Shown here: positions 59,554-64,000 of the stretch, one piece after another
Layout of the letters: the number at the start of each line of letters is the position of its first letter
Numbering within the stretch: the stretch's first letter is position 1
Origin: Candidatus Sumerlaeia bacterium
GTDB lineage: Bacteria > Sumerlaeota > Sumerlaeia > SLMS01 > JANRJK01
Length of the DNA: 64,000 bases
Direction: 5' to 3'
Assembly (NCBI GenBank): GCA_033764015.1
Contig: JANRJK010000046.1
Span: forward strand, 202,836 to 266,835
Position numbers and translations under genes: made by a program
The notes under the pieces: generated by a model
Seen by the model: the letters and a program-made list of their open reading frames with translations, nothing else
The model's database searches: none
What the model was told of the DNA's origin: nothing

Positions 59554-61053
59554 ATGTCGAACACGATGACGGAGTTGCGGGCCGCGTACGGCGAGATCGC
59601 CGACTTGCGCGCGGCGATGGGCCTGCTCGAGTGGGACCAGCAGACACACATGCCCAAGGAGGGCTTCGCCACCCGCGGACGCGTCGTCGCGACGCTGGCG
59701 CAGATCGCCCACGAGCGCTACCTGTCGCCCCGCTTCGACGAGCTGGTCGCGGCGGCGGAGGCGGAGGCGCCCCCCGGCGACGACGCCATCACGCTCGACC
59801 TGCTCCGCTGGGAGCGCGACCGCGAGCGCAGGATCCCCGCCACGCTGGTCGAAGAGAACTCCCTCGCCGTCACCGCCTCGTACCAGGCGTGGGAGGAAGC
59901 GCGGAAGACCAAGGACTTCGCCCAGTTCGCGCCGCACCTCGAGAAGGTGGTCGCGCTGCGCCGCCGCTTCGCCGACCACTACGGCTACGACGCGCACCCG
60001 TGGGACGCCCTGGTGCCGGGCTTCGAGCGCGGCATGACCGCGGCCCTCATCAAGCCCGTCTTCGACAAGGTCCAGCCCCGTGTGACCGCGCTCCTGAAGG
60101 CGATCCAGTCCAAGGGCCCCGCCCACGACCTGTCGTTCCTCGACCAGCGCTGGGACCCGGACGCGCAATGGGCGTTCGGCATGCGCGTCCTGGCGGACCT
60201 CGGGTTCGACCTCGCGCGCGGGCGCCAGGACCGCAGCACGCACCCGTTCACCATGGGCATGGCGCCGACGGATGTGCGCCTGACGACGCGGCTGAAGGCG
60301 GAATCGCTCTTCAGCGCGCTGATGGCGACCGCGCACGAAGGGGGCCACGGGCTCTACGAGCAGGGCTTCCGCCCGGAGGACGCCCGCACGCCGCTCGGCC
60401 ACGCGCCCTCCTCCGCGGTCCACGAATCGCAGGCGCGCCTCTACGAGTACCGCGTCGCCGCCTGCCTCCCCTTCTGGCGCCACTACGCGCCGGTGCTCCG
60501 CGAACACTTCCCGGGCCAGCTCGACAACGTCTCCGCGGAGCAGCTCTACGCCGCCATCAACGAAGTCAGCGCCAGCTTCATCCGCGTGGACGCCGACGAG
60601 GTGACGTACCCGCTCCACATCATCCTGCGGTTCGAGCTCGAACTCGAGTTGATCGCCGGCACACTGGCGGTGCGCGACCTGCCGGAGGCGTGGAACGCGA
60701 AGATGCGGGCGTACCTCGGCATCACCCCGCCGGATCCGGTGCTGGGCTGCATGCAGGACGTGCACTGGGCCGAGGCGCTCTTCGGCTACTTCCCGAGCTA
60801 CTCGCTCGGGACGATGTTCGGCGCCATGTTCATGGAGAAGATGGAGGCCGACCACCCGTCGCTCTGGACCGACATGGAGGCGGGCGACTTCCGCCCCGTG
60901 CTGGGCTGGCTGCGTCGCAACGTGCACACCGTCGGTTCGCGCATGAAGCCCCTCGAGCTGGTCCGCGCGGCGACCGGCCGCGAGTTCACCCCCGAACCCT
61001 TCCTCCACTACCTCGAGGCGAAGTACACGGAACTGTACCGGCTCGGCGGCTGA
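59554..61053 (+). CDS. Carboxypeptidase M32 (Taq carboxypeptidase family)
   Basis: LLEWDQQTHMP, HPF, DVRLTTR, HEGGHGLYEQG (HEXXH), HESQ, IRVDADE.TYPLH, GCMQDVHW, FGYFPSYSLG. Confidence 0.96.
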   Translation: MSNTMTELRAAYGEIADLRAAMGLLEWDQQTHMPKEGFATRGRVVATLAQIAHERYLSPRFDELVAAAEAEAPPGDDAITLDLLRWERDRERRIPATLVEENSLAVTASYQAWEEARKTKDFAQFAPHLEKVVALRRRFADHYGYDAHPWDALVPGFERGMTAALIKPVFDKVQPRVTALLKAIQSKGPAHDLSFLDQRWDPDAQWAFGMRVLADLGFDLARGRQDRSTHPFTMGMAPTDVRLTTRLKAESLFSALMATAHEGGHGLYEQGFRPEDARTPLGHAPSSAVHESQARLYEYRVAACLPFWRHYAPVLREHFPGQLDNVSAEQLYAAINEVSASFIRVDADEVTYPLHIILRFELELELIAGTLAVRDLPEAWNAKMRAYLGITPPDPVLGCMQDVHWAEALFGYFPSYSLGTMFGAMFMEKMEADHPSLWTDMEAGDFRPVLGWLRRNVHTVGSRMKPLELVRAATGREFTPEPFLHYLEAKYTELYRLGG

Positions 61054-61058
61054 GCGAC

Positions 61059-62906
61059 ATGGCCAACCCGCACCAGGCGCACCACCTGCATACGTTCCTC
61101 GGGCGGCTCGCGGGGCTGCACCCGGCGTTGTGGGAGCGCTCGCTGGGAACGCTGGAACTCGACGCGCCCGGCCGCCCGGAAGGGGAATGGGTGCAGTCGC
61201 TCCCGCCGTTCCAGCGGGTCGAGCTGTGCCGCGCGGTGGTGCACGAGCTGGTCCGCGAGCTGGTGGCGCGCGATCCCGACGTGGCCGGCGTGTTCGGGAC
61301 GATCCTGCTGCTGCCCGGCGAGTTCGGGGTCGAGGCGGTCTCCGAGATCGCGCCGCTCCCCCCCGGGGCGGGGCAGCGCGCGGCGGCGGCGCTGCGGTCG
61401 CTCGCCGACGCCGGGCTCCTCATCGAGCTGCCCCGCGGGCGCTGCGTGACGCCCTTCCCGGTGCGCATCGCCTTCGAGGACCACCGCTACTGGCCGGAGC
61501 GCGAGCTGGACTTCGTCCGCCGCCGCATGGTGCGCCACTTCAGCACCCAGGTGCTGCTGGAGAGCGTGGGGAAGGGGGCCGGGCGCGCGGACGAGGCGGC
61601 GCTCCCGAACCGCCTCGCCGCCTACGAAGCCGCCGTCGAGCTGGACGCGAAGCACCAGCCGCGGCCCGCCGGCGGCGAGTCCTACGACGAGGTCGCCACC
61701 TCGCTCGTGACCTTCGGCATCCACCTCGGCGCGCAGCTGGTCAAGCGCGCCTCGGACGATGTGGCGCGGCTCCTCGAGGCGTCCGCCGCGGCGGCGGAGC
61801 GCACCGGCAAGGAACGCGACCGGGGCCCGCTCCTCTTCCTCCTCGGACGCTTCTGGCAGGCGCGCAAGAAGCCCTTCGAGGCGCTCGACGCCTACCGCCG
61901 CGCGGCCGCGGTCGAGGCCGCGCTGGGCCGGGGCGGAAACGCCTCGTTGGCGCACTCCGCATCGGCGCTGCTGCTGCGCGACCTCGGTCGGAGCTCGGAG
62001 GCGCTGGCGCAGTTCGCCGCCGCCCGCGACTCCGCGTCGGAGGCGGGCGACCGAGACCGGCTCCGCGACGTTGTGAACTGCGCCGCGAGCCTGCTCCTCT
62101 CCGAGAAGCGTCCGCGGGAAGCGGTCGAGTGGCTCACGGAGATCGTCGACCGTCCGCCCGCCACGGAAACCGCCGCGGAGCTGGAGACGCTGCTGCTGCT
62201 CGGGCGGGCGCTGGGCGCCGCCGGGCGCCCCTCGGATGGCATCGCGGCGCTGCGCGCGGTGCAGGCCGCCGCCCTCGCCGCGGGGCTGCCGAACGTCCGG
62301 GCGGAAGCCTCCCTCGCCTCCGCCGAGATCCACCTCGCCGCGGAGGACCACGCACGGGCCGAGCCCGAGGCGCAGCTCAGCCACGACCTTTACGAGGCCG
62401 CCGGCGAAGCGGTGGGCGCCGCCGCGGCCACGCTCTTCCTCGCCCGCTGCGCCCGCGGCCTCGACGATCCCGCCCGCGGCGCCGAGCGCTGCGAGCGCGC
62501 GCTCACCCGCTCCTGGGCGCTCCGCGACCCCGCCCTGGTCGGCGCGCTGCACCGCGAGCGCGCGGAGTGCCTGCTCGCCATGCAGGACCCGCACCGCGCC
62601 GCCGCCGAACACTTCCTCGCCCTCGACGCATTCCGCCGGGCGGGCGCCCCGCTGGCCATCGCCGAGCAGCACCTCCGCCTCGCCACCGCCTACGCCGCCG
62701 TCGGCGACCCGCGGACCGTCGTCCGCCACCTGCTCCGCGCCCAAGGGCTGGCGCGCCGCTACGACTGGGGCGAAGGCGCCGAAATCGCCAACGGCCTGCT
62801 CGCGGTCCTCCGCGACGACGTGCCCGAAGACGATTGGGAGTCCATCGTCGTCGAGGTCTCCGAGGAGATCGAGTCCGGCGCGCTGCTCCGCGGGGGCGAC
62901 GCCTGA
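61059..62906 (+). CDS. TPR-like helical repeat protein with N-terminal winged-helix-like segment
   Basis: ATG 5 nt after the M32 stop; LPGEFGVEAV...LRSLADAGLLI...GR; long run of MalT/NB-ARC-type TPR helices. Confidence 0.7.
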   Translation: MANPHQAHHLHTFLGRLAGLHPALWERSLGTLELDAPGRPEGEWVQSLPPFQRVELCRAVVHELVRELVARDPDVAGVFGTILLLPGEFGVEAVSEIAPLPPGAGQRAAAALRSLADAGLLIELPRGRCVTPFPVRIAFEDHRYWPERELDFVRRRMVRHFSTQVLLESVGKGAGRADEAALPNRLAAYEAAVELDAKHQPRPAGGESYDEVATSLVTFGIHLGAQLVKRASDDVARLLEASAAAAERTGKERDRGPLLFLLGRFWQARKKPFEALDAYRRAAAVEAALGRGGNASLAHSASALLLRDLGRSSEALAQFAAARDSASEAGDRDRLRDVVNCAASLLLSEKRPREAVEWLTEIVDRPPATETAAELETLLLLGRALGAAGRPSDGIAALRAVQAAALAAGLPNVRAEASLASAEIHLAAEDHARAEPEAQLSHDLYEAAGEAVGAAAATLFLARCARGLDDPARGAERCERALTRSWALRDPALVGALHRERAECLLAMQDPHRAAAEHFLALDAFRRAGAPLAIAEQHLRLATAYAAVGDPRTVVRHLLRAQGLARRYDWGEGAEIANGLLAVLRDDVPEDDWESIVVEVSEEIESGALLRGGDA

Positions 62907-64000
62907 ACGCCGGCGCCTCCGAGGGCGGCGCCCCGCCCGCCGACCTGGCCCGCGCGCGGCTGCTCTGCCTCGCCGCGCCGGTCGTCCTGTCGCTCGTCTG
63001 GGTTCCCGCCGCCTATCCTTCCTGGGCGCTCGGCTCGTGCCTGCTGCTGCTGCTGGGCGCCGCGACGCTCGCGGCGGACGGCGCCGCGCCGCGGCGGGGC
63101 GCGCTCGCGCTGGCGATCCTGTCCACCGCGTGGTGCGTGGCGGGGCTCGCCTGGGCGCCCGTTCCCGCGAACGGACTGGAGGCCGCCTCCGGCGCCGTCC
63201 AGTTCGCCTTGGCGTTCGGCCTCGCGCTCTCCCTGGCCGATGCGGGCCGGGGCCGCTTCGCCGCCGGGGGCGCGCTCTTCATCGGCGCGCTCGCCGTGTG
63301 GGGCGCGTACCAGGCGGTCGGCCCCGCGGGCTGGCCGCGCACCTACGCGACGCTCGCGGCGCGCCTCGCGTCGGAGATGGACCCCTCGGACCCGCTGCTT
63401 GGCAGCCTCGCGCACACGCTCTCGGAGCGCCGCGCCGCCGGGACGCTGGGCTCGCCGAACGTTTTCGCGAGCATCTGCGCGGCGGGCGCGCTGCTGGCCG
63501 CGGGATGCTGGGCGGGCGCCGCGCGCACCGGACGCGCCGCGCTGGCCGCGGCGTGCGCGGCCTGCCTGGCGGGACTATGGCTCAGCGGATCGCGCGGCGG
63601 CGTGCTCGGGTTCCTCGCGGGCGCCGTGGTCTTCGCCGCGCTGCTCGGCGGCGGACGCCTTGCCCGGACGGGCGCCGCCGCCGCGTTGGTGGCGCTGCTG
63701 GCGGCTTCCTGCGGACCGTCCTCGGACGCGTCCCGCTGGCTCGGCTCGACCACCGTGGCGCAGCGCGCCGCCTACTGGCGCACCGGCGCGGAGCTCGCCC
63801 GCGCGCATCCGCTGCGCGGCCTCGGCGCGGGGGGCTACGCCACACTCTACCACACGCGGCGGATCGCCGGCGCGAACGAGACGAAGTTCGCGCACAACTG
63901 GCTGGTGCAGCGCGCCGTGGACCAGGGCGCGGTCGGGGCGCTGCTGTTCGCCGGCGCGGCCGCGTGGGCGCTCGGGGCGGGCGCGCGGCGCCTCCGCGGC
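62903..64000 (+). CDS. O-antigen ligase / Wzy_C family membrane protein, 3'-truncated by window edge (not in ORF track)
   Basis: Open frame from CTG 62903 (CTGA overlap) to window end; RAAGTLGSPNVFA, LSGSRGG, QRAAYWRTG, HPLRGLGAGGY, FAHNWLVQ..VDQGAVG. Confidence 0.85.
   Translation, partial: MNAGASEGGAPPADLARARLLCLAAPVVLSLVWVPAAYPSWALGSCLLLLLGAATLAADGAAPRRGALALAILSTAWCVAGLAWAPVPANGLEAASGAVQFALAFGLALSLADAGRGRFAAGGALFIGALAVWGAYQAVGPAGWPRTYATLAARLASEMDPSDPLLGSLAHTLSERRAAGTLGSPNVFASICAAGALLAAGCWAGAARTGRAALAAACAACLAGLWLSGSRGGVLGFLAGAVVFAALLGGGRLARTGAAAALVALLAASCGPSSDASRWLGSTTVAQRAAYWRTGAELARAHPLRGLGAGGYATLYHTRRIAGANETKFAHNWLVQRAVDQGAVGALLFAGAAAWALGAGARRLRG

Noticed and set aside
59631..61058. N-terminal half of the 1091-aa ORF 59631-62906, and similar upstream extensions of queE, maa, dapF, mutS2 and tkt
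   Set aside because: They overlap real genes in another frame; recognisable protein begins at later starts

Overview
A 64-kb, very GC-rich stretch of a bacterial chromosome. The organism is a diderm (lpxA, LolC/E-type permease, lipobox proteins). Protein style tentatively suggests Ca. Sumerlaeota/BRC1 or a similar poorly studied lineage; this is inference only. About 49 CDS are supported. Housekeeping genes are dispersed with little conserved synteny (truA, queE, dnaA, mfd, rho, coaE, bcp, queA, lpxA, sppA, dapF, prpB, tkt, suhB, mutS2). There are many envelope/glycosylation genes (three GT-C fold enzymes including a TMTC-like one, GT2, GT4, WcaF-like acetyltransferase, O-antigen ligase-like), several signalling proteins and several secreted proteins. 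I recognised no rRNA, tRNA, CRISPR array, IS, integrase or prophage, and most long antisense ORFs in the track are high-GC shadow ORFs. Best leads: (1) a type-II glutaminyl-cyclase-like M28 enzyme, with Gln at the predicted +1 position of 4 of 6 SPI-type secreted proteins (a possible Q-rule pyroglutamation pathway outside Bacteroidota); (2) a secreted protein with a short linker + GVEDW tail, a candidate lineage-specific C-terminal sorting signal; (3) a gene run encoding a membrane pseudokinase, a vWA protein, a membrane protein, a TMTC-like protein and a second GT-C; (4) a catalytically degenerate hybrid histidine kinase behind an AT-rich tandem-repeat/inverted-repeat element; (5) an amphi-Trp domain fused to a histone-H1-like tail; (6) a B12 radical SAM enzyme with a coiled-coil tail upstream of lpxA and glycosyltransferases. 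All family calls come from motif recognition by eye; no database search was run.
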